This document shows positions 1-12,500 of a stretch of 64,000 nucleotides of DNA, one piece after another. How positions within the stretch are numbered: position 1 is the first letter of the stretch; the number at the start of each line of letters is the position of its first letter. Origin of the DNA: Octopus sinensis (Eukaryota). The DNA is taken from contig NW_021834249.1 in NCBI RefSeq assembly GCF_006345805.1, positions 13,146 through 77,145 of the forward strand, given 5' to 3'. The position numbers and the translations under genes were made by a program. A model generated the notes under the pieces. That model was given only the letters and a program-made list of their open reading frames with translations, searched no databases and was not told the origin of the DNA.

Positions 1-417
1 CTATTTGTCTGTCTGTCTGTCTATTCAGGGATAGATAGGCAGCTATAACTAATACATGTACACACATGCTTACATAGAGAAAACAACATGTGTACAAAAG
101 GGAAAGAGAGAGACAGAGAGAGGAAGAGAGAAAGGGAGTGAGAAAGAGACAATATTATTATCTTCAAGCTAAGGCAAACATGAAAAAATCAAAAATTCAA
201 TTTTGGAATCTGCTTTATTTACCATTATTGTCATCATCCTTCTTCATCCCACCTTCCTCGCTATCATTCATCATCACCATCATCATCATCACCATCAGAG
301 ACAGAGACATCACTATCATCATCCCATCACAATATTCAGAGACATCTGTGCCATAATTCTCTTATTTCTTCTTGTACTTCACTATCTTCCAAGATTGGTT
401 GCCTGCTACCCATTTAA

Positions 418-638
418 CCCTTTCGTTACCAACCCGGCTGGAACCGGCTCTGGCTCTTTAGTATAAATGTCTTGTTTTCATAAGTTTTGAATTCAAATCT
501 TCCACCAAATCTTAGTCACAATTTATGTTCCTAACACTAGCTCAATGATAACGATGCTATTTTACTAAATTCTTTGTTATATTTAAAATAATTGGAAAAA
601 ACACAGAGCATCTCAAAATAAATACAGTAACGAAAGTG
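418..638. mobile_element. piggyBac-like non-autonomous MITE (TTAA target)
   Basis: TTAA at 414-417 and 639-642. Terminal inverted repeats CCCTTTCGTTAC ... GTAACGAAAGTG (one mismatch). A second copy lies in the opposite orientation at 30436-30655. CCC termini plus TTAA are established piggyBac hallmarks. Confidence 0.85.
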
Positions 639-1226
639 TTAAACATGACATATAAAAGAACATACAAAGATATGTCACAGTATTTTCCTGGTATATATGA
701 TTTTGTTATTGATTTATAAAGAAATGTACCAGTGATATACTGGAAGCCTTAATACTGGGTGTTCATATCTTTGCAGCTTCTGCATTTGTATTGTCTAGTA
801 GATGTATTGTATACAACCAATGGAATCCATGGGGAAGTGTTCTGGCATTTCTTGTAAAACCTTATTTATTTTCTAATAGACTCAGCTAAGTTGTCGCTAA
901 TTTTTTATATTTGTCAGAATTTTTCAATTTGTAAAGATATTTTATGGACACCCTGTCCCTGTATAATTGACTGTGCATTCCCAAAACTGCTAACCATCTT
1001 CCATAGGTTTTTATGGCTTCTGTATGTCTGTAAGGGCGTTGATTTTTTGCTTTAAATGTGTCTCTCTGTGGTGCAGAACTGGACAATGTATTTTTTAACA
1101 TACATGTGGTTCCCCAAACATATTACAAAGAAGATAACCATTTTGTTATAAAATGAAGCATTATTATATATTTGAAATTAAAGAAAAGGGTGTACAGGAT
1201 CCACATTTTTAATTTTGTTTACATAA

Positions 1227-1519
1227 TATCATCATCATTTAACGTCTGCTTTCCTTGCTAGCATGGGTTGGACGGTTCAACTGGGGTCTGGGAAGCCAGA
1301 AGGCTGCACCAGGCCCAGTCTGATCTGGCAATGTTTCTATGACTGGATGCCCTTCCGTGAGTGTAGTGGGTGCTTTTACATGCCACCGGCACAGGTGCCA
1401 GATGAGGCTGGCAAACGGCCATGATCGGATGGTGCTTTTTAAGTGCCACCGGCACGGGAGCCAGGTGAGGCTGGCAATGGCCACAATTGGATGGTGCTTT
1501 TTACGTGCCACCAGCACGA
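1227..1519 (-). mobile_element. Family E retroposon (SINE or RTE-type 3' end) with (GAT)n tail
   Basis: Shares 'ttaacgtccgctttccatgctagcatgggttggacgg...ggatgcccttcc...gtgggtgctttttacgtgccaccggcac' with about ten other loci in the window; (CAT)n at the left is the minus-strand tail. Confidence 0.8.
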
Positions 1520-2083
1520 GTATATGTAGTTCATAACATTTTTTGTTGTTAATAATCCTGTATAGCACCATTTCATTCTTTTTAGAGATCATCTGCATAT
1601 CCTAAACTGTAACTTATTGATTAAACATTTGATGAATGTGTGGTGCAACAGAATATCTGCTACAAAGTCCACAAGGATGAGGAGGGAGTAATTAATGCTT
1701 GGTGTTATTTTATTTATCAAAATTGGCATTAAAGGGGTTCGAAAGAAGGTGTTGTACAGCATTTAGTTATCTTCCTATCCTGTATCAGTGCTTCCTGGCT
1801 TTGGTTTAAAATGGTTACACCAATCCCAGCAACTAGAAAATTTGGATTTGAGAACAGAAAGATCCTGTATTGTTGTTATTGCTTTCGTCATTGGAAACAT
1901 CGTCATCATCATCAACAGCATCATTAGCACCATCATCATTGTCATCATCATCATTATTATTATCATAATCCTAAACATCATTCCCATCACCATCATCATC
2001 ACCATCATTACATTGTGATCATCATTGTCACTATCGTGGATCTTATTGCCATCATCATCATCACCATTATTTCGTCATCATAT

Positions 2084-2121
<38 letters not shown>

Positions 2122-2737
2122 CAACACGATGCCATCATCTTTATTACAGAAATCACAATCTCCCATCCATACTCTGTAGAATTACCTGACATGTCACAAG
2201 GTTGCATCAACTTCCAAGATTTTCTGTCAATAAAAAAAAAATGTAATAACAAAAACAAAAAAAAAATCAAATGGGAAAATTCCTCACAAATTTAATAGGA
2301 TAAACTAGGTAGAATGAGTATATACTTAAAAGTATGTACGCATATAGATATATATACATATATATGTATATACATACATATAAATATATATATGTGTGTG
2401 TCTAGGTTGATAGACATATATAGGTAAATAGATACATGTATGTATATATATGTTTATATACACACACATAAATATAAATAAATAAATATATATATATAAA
2501 CAATATAAAATTATATCAACTTTTTAGAAAAGACAACAACAACAATTAAAGTAGTAAAAACAAAAAAAAGGAAGGAGCTCACTTATCAAAGAATAAATAT
2601 CTATTAAGAAATATTGAATGGAAATCAAACTCCTATCAACGCCTGCATTGTAATACAAATAACAAAAACAACACAACAAACACCAAGTGATAATAATAGA
2701 CATTGCAGGCTGTGTTCTTGTTGTTGTCAATGTAGTC

Positions 2738-2797
<60 letters not shown>

Positions 2798-2839
2798 ACC
2801 ATCATCGTCATCAGCAGCAGCAGCAGTAATGTCAATGTC

Positions 2840-3990
2840 TTTACCACACCAACACCAACACCACTTCAGCCACCACTGCCACTACCACCACTGCCACTGC
2901 CACCACTGCCACTACCACCACTGCCACTGCCACCACTGCCACTACCACCACTGCCACTACCACCACTGCCACTACCACCACTGCCACTACCACCACTGCC
3001 ACTACCACCACTGCCACTACCACCACTGTGTCCATCACCACTGCCACTACCACCACTGTGTCCATCACCACTGCCACTACCACCACTGTGTCCATCACCA
3101 CTGCCACTACCACCACTGCGTCCATCACTACCACCACTGTGTCCATCACCACTGCCACTACCACCACTGCGTCCATCACTACCACCACTGTGTCCATCAC
3201 CACTGCCACTACCACCACTGCCACTACCACCACTGTTGTCCATCACCACTCCACTAGCACCCCTGCACTACACCACTGCCATACCATCACTGCCACTACC
3301 ACTACTGTGTCCATCACCACTGCCACTACCACCACTGCCACTACCACCACTGTGTCCATCACCACTGCCACTAGCACCCCTGCCACTACCACCACTGCCA
3401 CTACCATCACTGCCACTACCACTACTGTGTCCATCACCACTGCCACTACCACCACTGCCACTACCACCACTGCCACTACCACCACTGTGTCCATCACCAC
3501 TGCCACTAGCACCCCTGCCACTACCACCACTGCCACTACCATCACTGCCACTACCACCACTGCCACTACCACCACTGACACTACCACCACTGCCACTACC
3601 ACCACTGTGTCCATCACCACTGCCACTAGCACCCCTGCCACTACCACCACTGCCACTACCATCACTGCCACTACCACCACTGCCACTACCACCACTGCCA
3701 CTACCACCACTGCCACTACCACCACTGTGTCCATCACCACTGCCACTAGCACCCCTGCCACTACCACCACTGCCACTACCATCACTGCCACTACCACCAC
3801 TGCCACTACCACCACTGACACACCACCACTGCCACTACCCCACGTGTCCATCCCACTGCCACTAGCACCCCTGCCACTACCACCACTGCCACTAGACCAT
3901 CACTCGCCACTACCACCACTGCCACTACACCACTGACACTACCACCACTGCCACTACCACCACTGTGCCCATCACCACTGCTACTGTCAC
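2840..3990. repeat. Compound CCACTG/CCACTA/CCA minisatellite with 15-bp unit and 120-bp higher-order repeat
   Basis: Unit ccactgccactacca. The 60-base blocks starting 3481, 3601 and 3721 are identical, giving a 120-bp period for three copies. All periods are multiples of 3, which explains the long Pro/Thr/His/Val/Gly-Ser ORFs. Confidence 0.95.
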
Positions 3991-4497
3991 AGCCACTGCC
4001 ACCTCTACCATCATCATCATCATCATCGTCATTGTCAACGTCATCACCACCACTACCACTACTATCACTATCATTGTCATCTTCATCCTCATCACTGTTG
4101 TCCATCATCATTGCCATCAACATCATTCTCAATGCCAGCATCACCAATATCATCAGCATCACCACCAACAACAGTAACAACAACACTGACAGCATCACCA
4201 TCATCATCATCATCATCATCACCCTCAGCATCTACAGTTTCACCGAGAGATATCAATTCCTTATATTTCAAGGTGTTAGGTTAAAACGAGAACGGTTCAT
4301 GTCTCAACGTTTTATACACATTAACATGACAGGTGGATCAACAGAAGCCCCTCACGTATATGTACGTATATATATGTATAGACATGTGTGTACACAAACA
4401 TATATAAATATATATTTATATCTATATGGATTTATGTACTTCTGTAGATATGTGTGTATATATATATCTGTATATATATATATGTATATATATATAG

Positions 4498-4540
<43 letters not shown>

Positions 4541-4747
4541 ATTGTATTCTTAAGTATCATGAGATTTATTTTCAATAAATTTTAACATGATGAAATTGAG
4601 TCAATAATATAACCTGGAACACTATCAGTAAAAGTGAATTTTTAAGTATATATGTGAGTCTGTATTTCAAATACACACGTATATATATACATGTGTATAT
4701 AAATTATATACATATATATACATACATATATGCATATATATATATAT

Positions 4748-4781
<34 letters not shown>

Positions 4782-4782
4782 A

Positions 4783-4833
<51 letters not shown>

Positions 4834-4901
4834 CGTGTGTGTGTGAGTGCGTGTGTGTGTGTGTGTGTGTGTATGTGTGTGTGTGTGTGTGTATATATAT
4901 A

Positions 4902-4932
<31 letters not shown>

Positions 4933-4934
<2 letters not shown>

Positions 4935-5250
4935 TTTACAAGTCAGAAAACAGCACAGCTCCCATGACTTTAGGAAACATTTTTTCACGCTGAGAGTTGC
5001 TGAAGCATGGAACAAACTGCCGGCATCAGTTGTTAGTTGTCGGAGCACTGCATCCTTCAAAACTTCCATGCTTCCTGAGATTCGCCAACACTACACCTGA
5101 TTTTCTCCCCTCCATACACACACAAGCATGTATCTGACTCATGCATTGTTCGCTTTCCAGACATTTGTACATTACTGCATGTGCTTTATATGCATTGTCT
5201 GACAAGTTGTGGTGCACCTGAGCACTGTATACAATAATTTCATTGTTATT
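4933..5250 (+). mobile_element. CR1/L2-type LINE 3' end (ORF2 C-terminus plus 3' UTR), 5'-truncated
   Basis: Peptide RKHFFTLRVAEAWNKLPASVVSCRSTASFK (stop 5098-5100) matches the CR1-type C-terminal motif R..FF..RV...WN.LP..VV......FK. Confidence 0.75.
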
Positions 5251-5389
5251 TATATATATATATTAAATAAATATATATATATTATATGTATATATATGTA
5301 TATATATATATGTTATATTTATATATATATATATATATATATATAGTCATATCTATATATAATATATTATATATATATATATATAATAT

Positions 5390-5470
<81 letters not shown>

Positions 5471-5499
5471 TCTATATATATATATATATATATATATAT

Positions 5500-5691
5500 C
5501 AGTCACCATGATAGATCGTTAGCCACTACACACATTTTTTCTCCCCTTGTTTTTTTTCTGTGTCCCTTTCTGTAGAAGAGCGTAAGCTCGAAACATAAAA
5601 GACTTTTTCTTTTCCTGAGCGTTATACTAATACATCTGTTTGTTTTGTACACCACCTGTCTTCGTCTTTTGTTTTTTTCATAAACTCTCCC
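5500..5691 (+). mobile_element. ~190-bp (TA)n-embedded element with degenerate minimal hammerhead-like motif (5566-5601)
   Basis: CTTT-CTGTAGA-A-GAGC(GTAA)GCTC-GAAA-CATA-AAAG. Same architecture as the inverted element at 36363-36563 (pyrimidine tract, motif, then ctttcctgag). Flanked by (TA)n on both sides. Confidence 0.55.
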
Positions 5692-5709
5692 TATATATAT
5701 ATATATACA

Positions 5710-6075
5710 AGTGGCTGTGTAGTAAGAAGCTTGCTTTCCAACTGCTTGATTCCAGGTTCAGTCCCACTGTGTGGCACCTTGTGCAAGTGTCTTCTAATAT
5801 AGCCTGGGGTTGACCAAAGCCTTGTGAGTGGATTTGGCAGACGGAAACTGAAAGAAGCCCATCATGTATATATGCGTGTGTGCCTGTGTTTGTTCCCCCA
5901 CCATCTCTTGACAACTGATGTAGGTGTTTATGTCCCCGTAACTTAGCAGTTCAGCAAAAGGGACCATCAGAATAAGTACTATGCTTACAAAGAATAAGTC
6001 CTGGGGTTGAATTGTTCAACTAAAAGTGGTGCTCCAGTATGGCCACAGTCAAATGACTGAGAAAAATAAAAGAAT
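5710..6075 (+). mobile_element. Family C tRNA-derived SINE (diverged)
   Basis: Colinear with the copies at 46302, 48946 and 62540 (gtggctgtgt.gtaag...ccttgtgagtggatttgg...gtcaaatgactga). Confidence 0.85.
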
Positions 6076-6352
6076 GTAGGGTACATGGCTTAGTGGTTAG
6101 AGTGTTGCACTCATGATTGCAAGATAACGATTTCAATTCTTAGACTGGGTGGTACGCTGTGTTCTTGAGCAAAACCCTTAATCTCACATTGCTCTGCAAT
6201 CACTTGGACACCTGACATGTAGTACACAGTGCACCTGTTCCGAGACTGAGTTAATGTGTGGTACGAACATTTGATCACTATAAACAAATCATATGTGCAG
6301 GCCATTTGGCAAAAGCTGAACATTCGTACATTGTCTTCAATGGGAGAGTCCA
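6076..6352 (+). mobile_element. tRNA-derived SINE with family-B-like head and a different 3' tail
   Basis: A-box-like tggcttagtggtt, degenerate B-box, and 'tgtgttcttgagcaaaac' as in the element at 13135-13466; the downstream body is unrelated. Confidence 0.55.
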
Positions 6353-6408
6353 TCACATATATATAAGACAAAGAAATACTTTAACACAGGAATGGGCATC
6401 TTTTCCTC

Positions 6409-6735
6409 AACTGTACTTGTGACGACATTCACCCTGGGTAGGTTGAGTCGGCTTCTTCTACCACCCTCGAGGCATCTCGAACCATGGCAGCCCACGCATG
6501 ACGGTCCTGTGCCAGTTCACTGCAGATAGCAAGCCAGTCACGGTTCCATTGGTGCAGGCCGACCACCTGCAGTCCTGTGAGCACGGAGAGGTCCTCCTTG
6601 ATCGTTGTAACCCAGGTCTTCAGCTGCCCGTCCACATGTTTCCGCCAGTTGAGTAGTGGAGTTGGGAGAAGGACATCACGGCTCAGTTCACTCACCGGAC
6701 GCCTACATGCATCGTACCATTTCCAAATGGGAGAG
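6409..6735 (-). mobile_element. RTE-clade LINE C-terminal fragment and 3' end
   Basis: ORF 6429-6761: GQLKTWVTTIKEDL...ELAQDRHAWAAMVRD fits the RTE C-terminal G...TW...K.D ... AQDR..W motifs; short 3' UTR ending ...acaagtacag. Confidence 0.75.
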
Positions 6736-7256
6736 GGCTGCATGATAAAACACGTATGCATGAAATTTTATTTGTCTCAGTATGAAATTAGTAGCCTAGT
6801 AACTCGTTGAGGGCTGCAGGCCGCAGATTGCCCATGGATGCTTTAACACATTGGGAGTTTTCCAGACACACATTGTAAGAGTGCACCTCCAAGATGCACA
6901 CTGTAAGTGTGCACCTTTGATACTAGTCTGATGAACTTTTAATGTATTAATTGATTTATATTTTACATATAATTATACCCTAAGTATTTAGACTCTGTCC
7001 TTTTATAAGCTTTTTTGATTTAGGTTTATCTTCAATTTTATATAATGATTTTATACTGAATTTTGTTCATTGCATGCTTAAGACCGTTAGTTGAAAGGAC
7101 CAATATGAAACAATACCATTTTTAAATGTGTATCCATTATACTAATTGTATGTTTGCTTATAACCTTATATCTGTTCCATTTTAAACAAAACTGTCCAAC
7201 GAACGGGAACGTTAAACTCTGAGTTTTTGTGATATTTCTGCTGCTTTTCAATAAAG

Positions 7257-7286
<30 letters not shown>

Positions 7287-7289
<3 letters not shown>

Positions 7290-7519
7290 TTCTTTACTAC
7301 CCACAAGGGGCTAAACACAGAGGGGACAAACAAGGACAGACAAAGGGATTAAGTCGATTACATTGACCCCCAGTGCGTAACTGGTACTTAATTTATCGAC
7401 CCCGAAAGGATGAAAGGCAAAGTTGACCTCGGCGGAATTTGAACTCGGAACGTAACGACAGACAGAATACGGCTATGCATTTCGTCCGGCGTGCTAACGG
7501 TTCTGCCAGCTCGCCGCCT
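7287..7519 (-). mobile_element. Family D SINE (D1 tail), near full length
   Basis: aggcggcgagctggcagaa head, B-box gagttcaaattcc, central 'ttgcctttcatcctttcggggtcgataaattaagtaccag'; nearly identical to 25130-25362 and 44537-44768. Confidence 0.9.
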
Positions 7520-8647
7520 TTCTATATATATATTATATATATATATTATATATATAATATATATGTATATATTATGTAGTAATGCTTCAACAAGTAAAAA
7601 TGCACTCGATCAGCCAAGAGAGTTAAGATAATCTTTAATTCAAGGTTTGTGGTTTTTAATTTAAGATTATATATACATATGTATTGTATGCATGTATGTG
7701 TGTGTATGTGTGTGTCTGTGTGTGTGTGTGGTGTGTGCATACACAATGTATTGACAAACAAATATATATGTCAATGTGTGTAGGAAGAACAGGGAGAGGA
7801 AGGGGGCAGACAAATAAAGAGAACTAGAGAAAGAGAGTCAAAAAGAGTCTGTGGTACGTATACACATGCACACACACACATATATGTTGTTTACACAGAT
7901 GCAGATGTGTGAGTGTGTATATGTGTGGGTATATATATATATGTACGTCTGTGTATGACTGTGCAACCACTGGAGACATGAGTTAATTACTGTTTCTGTG
8001 ATTGAGTTCAAAATTACCCACAATTCCACTGGGACCAAAATCCTTGCAAACATTATTGTCATTGTTGAAGATTGGCGGCAGAGAGTGAGTGATGATAATG
8101 GTATTGTTGGGATTACAAATGGTTCTATTAGACGTTTGTGTTTCACCTTGGCACCAACATCCCCCGCCGCTACCTCAACCACCAGTGCTACGATGACCAC
8201 CACCACCACCAGTGCTACGATGACTACCAACACCAGTGCTATGATGACCACTACCACCACCACTACAACCACTACCATCATCATCACTCCTGATGCAACT
8301 ACTGCCACCACCACCACCACCTAAACCACTACCAATATTGCACCAGCCATTACCACCACATCTGACACTACTACCATCGCAACAAACAAACATAACAATA
8401 CTGCCATCAACACTAGCACCACAGCAACAACAACAACAACAACATACTACATCAGCCACCATCACCTCTTCCATCAACCTCCCCTACTGCCACATCACTA
8501 CCTCTTCACCTTCACTACCACCACCACCACCACCACCACCATCGTCACTACTACCCCGTCATCTATATGTGATTATCTGTGTGTGTGTGTGTGTGGTGCG
8601 TGCATGCAATTATGTGAATTTATATATATATATATAATATATAATAT

Positions 8648-8702
<55 letters not shown>

Positions 8703-8713
8703 TATTATATATA

Positions 8714-8757
<44 letters not shown>

Positions 8758-9799
8758 GTATATGTGTGTGTGTGTGTGTGTGTATAGGGAATGAGAGTGT
8801 ATATATTGCTGTATACAAGTATAAGGATAAAGTACTCAATACATGGTGTAGAACGATACTTCTGATGAGTAAAATGTGATTAAATTTTTTGGCTGAGTGG
8901 TTAAGAAGCTCACTTTGCAACCGCTTGGTTTTGAGTTCAATCACACTGCATGTCACCTTCAGAAAGTATCTTCTACAACAGCCTTGGCTTGACCAATGCT
9001 TTGTGAGTAAAACTGGTGAGTGAAGACTGTGCGGAAGCCTGTCATAGATATCATCATCATCATCATCATCATCCTTGTCATCTATTCCCCGTGACAGTTA
9101 GGTTTGGATGGTTTGACTGGATCCTGTGTGCTGCAGGGCTGCATTGTGCTGCAAGTCAGCCCTTGGTAGGGTTTCTATGGCTGGGTGACCAAGCAAATGC
9201 CAACCACTTGACCGTCTGTACTTTGTTTTCTTTTTTTTCTTTGTGCCATTGGCATTAGGGAGTTTGCCACGCAAGTTTTAGGATAGGAAAGAACAAGAAA
9301 AGGGTCAAATGTGGTAAAATGAAGGGTGTGTGTATGTGTGTGTGTGTGTGCACGCATATGTTTATGTCATTGAGTTTGTGTATGTCTCCCTCAGTACTTG
9401 ACAGCTAGTGTTGGTTTGTTTACATCCTTGTAATTTAATGGTCTGACGTATGAGACTTAAAATTAAAAATTACGGGGAGGGGTGGGGTCAATCATTATCA
9501 TCACCATTATTATCATCATCATCATCATCATCATCATCATTTAACATCCACTTTCTAAGTTTGCATGGGCCGGATGGAATTCGTTGAAGCAGATTTTATA
9601 TAGATGGATGCTCTTCGTGTTGCCAACCTTTCAACCGTTTCCAAGTAAGGTAAAATTTCTACATGCCCAGATGTGGATGACTGCAAATGATGCTCAGTTA
9701 CAATCACCAACTGAATTCAAGAGAAGGGTATACACACACACACACACACACATGTAACAGACATCCAAGCAGTGGGATGGAACTTCTGCTATCCATCAG

Positions 9800-9985
9800 T
9801 CTATCTATCTATCTACCTCCCTATCTATCAATCTATCTATCTATCTATATATATATATATCTATCTATCAGTCTATCTATCTATCTATCAGTCTATATAT
9901 CTATCTATCTATCAGTCTATCTATCTATCTATCTTTCTATATTTCTGTCTGTCTGTTTGTCTGTCTGTCTATATATATATGTATA
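9800..9985. repeat. (TATC)n/(TGTC)n (GATA-type) microsatellite
   Basis: Direct reading. Confidence 0.95.
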
Positions 9986-10009
9986 TGCTGAGTTTCATAG
10001 AGGAAAAAG

Positions 10010-10720
10010 TGGAAGACTGAGATGTTGAGCTTGAGAAGACCCCTCCATCTCAGTAGAATTGAGGTTCTGTGAAGCCTTCCCCATTAACTCATCTTTTGAC
10101 GCCCACTCTTCAATCAGTCTTCTATATTTTACCTTATTACTTTCACTTTCCCCTACACTCAACTGATATCCTTTCTTCAATCAGTCTTCTCTATGTTACC
10201 TTATTACTTTCACTTTCCCCTACACTGAACTGATACCCTTTACATCCAACTCCTTTCCTGTCTCTAATCATATCTCACACTATTTTCACTCATGGCATTT
10301 ACTTACACATCCACTTTTTCTGCTCTTCTATCCTGTTCTCTCTCGTGTTCACATTGTATGAGGATCTCACTTCTCTTCCTTTCTCTCTCTTTCTCTCCCC
10401 CACTTTCCAGGTGGACAAGCCATATACTCACCCCTTCAGCAAGACACTTGCTTCTCTCCCTCCATCACAGATTCTTATTCCTCCTGTCTAAATCCAGCTC
10501 AGCTGAGCAGGGTTTTATCCTGAGGGCACTTAGCAACCTCATCGGTGTTGATGTGATATAAAAAGCTCCCAGTCCACTTTGGAAAGTGGTTGGCATTAAG
10601 AAGGGCATCCAGCTGGAGAAACCATGCGAAAACAAACATAGAACCTGGGGGGAGCTCCTTGGCTTGTCAGTTCATTTCAAACTGTTCACCCCATGCCTGC
10701 ATGGAAAAAAGTATGTTAGA
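10010..10720 (+). mobile_element. Probable RTE 3' UTR ending in a family-E-type tail; contains a 67-bp tandem duplication (10107-10240)
   Basis: 10015-10070 resembles the minus-strand sequence just after the RTE ORF at 44830-44900 (cttgagaagaccc...agaattgag). 10545-10710 has the E-type 'ggcattaagaagggcatccagctg...catgc..gcatggaaa' and runs into (GAT)n. Confidence 0.45.
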
Positions 10721-10985
10721 TGATGATGATGACGATGATGACGATGATGACGATGATGACGATGATGACGATGATGACAATGATGACAATGATGATGATG
10801 ATGACGATGATGATGATGATATGATGATGATGATGATGATGTTGATGTTGATGATGATGATGATGATAATGATGATGATGACGATGATGACGATGATGAC
10901 GATGATGACGATGATGACGACGACGATGGTGATGATGATGATGACGACGACGACGACCATGACCATAACCATGACCATGATGATG
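10710..10985. repeat. (GAT/GAC)n microsatellite continuing a retroposon tail
   Basis: Direct reading. Confidence 0.95.
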
Positions 10986-11360
10986 ATATATATATGTAGA
11001 AATATTGTACTGTGCATATACATACATACATACATGCATGCATATCGATATCTACACACATGCATACATACATGTAAATTTATATTCGTATATATGTAAG
11101 TGTGCACGCACACACACACACACACACACACGTCTACATATATGCATGTATAGCTATATTGTTTACAGTTTAGCTATTCACAAAACTAATACATATTATT
11201 ATAGAATGTAAGCTATTTATTGTAAACCTCTAAGATATATATACGGCTGTTTCAAGTTAGCGGATTAAGTTAATACAAAACTTTAAACAATAAACAAGAT
11301 TAAAGAGATAACACCAACCCATCACCACACACCATTCGAAGAATTATAGATATAATTCAT

Positions 11361-11402
<42 letters not shown>

Positions 11403-11445
11403 ATATACACATATATATATATATATTATATATATATATATATAT

Positions 11446-11517
<72 letters not shown>

Positions 11518-12189
11518 ACACATATATACATATACATATACATATATATTACAATCTATGTAATATTATGTTATTATTGCCAAGCAATATTTAATATGAT
11601 ATATATAACATTTATTGAAACATAATTATGTATATCACACACACACGCATACACACACACGCACACACACACACTCGTATTACGTATTAATGATAAGCTA
11701 TAATAAACTAGATATCCCTTATTATATACTACTTATAATGTGTATGTGTATGTGGTTGTGTGTGTGTGTGTGTGGTTGTGTGTGTTAAATAACATTGTAG
11801 ATCTATGTTACACAGCAGAGATCCACATTATTCATTCGGTATACAAGAAATTAAGTATACATGATAATATAGAATGCTTATGAGGATGATGATGTTGACT
11901 GTGATGTCAATGTTGATGATTGTGGTGATAATGATGGTGATTGCTTGTGATTAAGGCCTTGATGACAATAACAGTATGTTTGTGGTTATTATTTCTGACT
12001 GAATCAGTAGAGCTTTAGAGAAAATGCCTCTGCAATATCTTTTCTGATTCTCTACGCTCCGAATTCAATTCCTGCCAAAGTTAACTTTGGGCATTTTACA
12101 GCTTTGAAGCTGGAGAAATAAAGTACCACTCTCATGTTTATTATTAGCGACTAATCAATGAACACAAATACTATTTAGACTAATGCTTA

Positions 12190-12500
12190 AGTATGTTCAA
12201 CTGATCCTTGGGAACAACAAACCAAGGTGCATCTGCCAACCATCAAAGATACTACCTCTATACAGAGCCTCTTACACCCCACTTAAAACTGTACTGGTCT
12301 CTTTGTTGTTTGTGAACCTTGTGACATGTCTGACCCAGCAGACATTGCTCTTTTGGTATCCTGCTATCATATCATTCGCTCCACATGTTGTTCTTGAATT
12401 ACCTTGAGATGTCTGCAAATCATAGTAGACCATTTCCTTGCATGCCAATGTCTTCAGTGGCGTCATCATAACACAGAGGGTCATGGAAAGGGCCATTGCT
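12190..12500 (-). mobile_element. Highly degraded RTE-like C-terminal fragment (tentative)
   Basis: ORF 12272-12511 contains KSNVCWVRHVTRFTNNKETSTVL, resembling the RTE K..W.GHV.R..DNRWT..V motif. Confidence 0.4.

Noticed and set aside
886-1101. 71-aa non-repetitive ORF on the minus strand
   Set aside because: No recognisable motif, weak splice or start context, and a length expected by chance.
2186-2223. 38-bp minus-strand segment with good acceptor (ttttattgacag) and donor (CAG|gtaatt)
   Set aside because: Too short to evaluate, and no compatible neighbouring exon could be identified.
2687-3936. Long Pro-, Thr-, His- and Gly/Ser-rich ORFs (392 aa, 302 aa and others) resembling extensins or mucins
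   Set aside because: They arise from a 3n-periodic tandem array that is open in several frames on both strands; no unique coding flanks or splice context.
6928-7240. CTGATGA at 6928 and a GAACGTTAAAC motif near 7207
   Set aside because: No stem II closing onto a GAAA and no stem I could be built.
8855-8970. CTGATGA at 8862 with a downstream GAAA and an 11-bp inverted match
   Set aside because: The GAAA belongs to a decayed family C SINE; there is no stem II or stem III.
12403-12498. 96-bp minus-strand segment with strong splice signals and symmetric phase
   Set aside because: The frame continues past the donor into an RTE-like W..HV.R motif, so decayed LINE is the simpler reading; exonisation cannot be excluded without RNA-seq.
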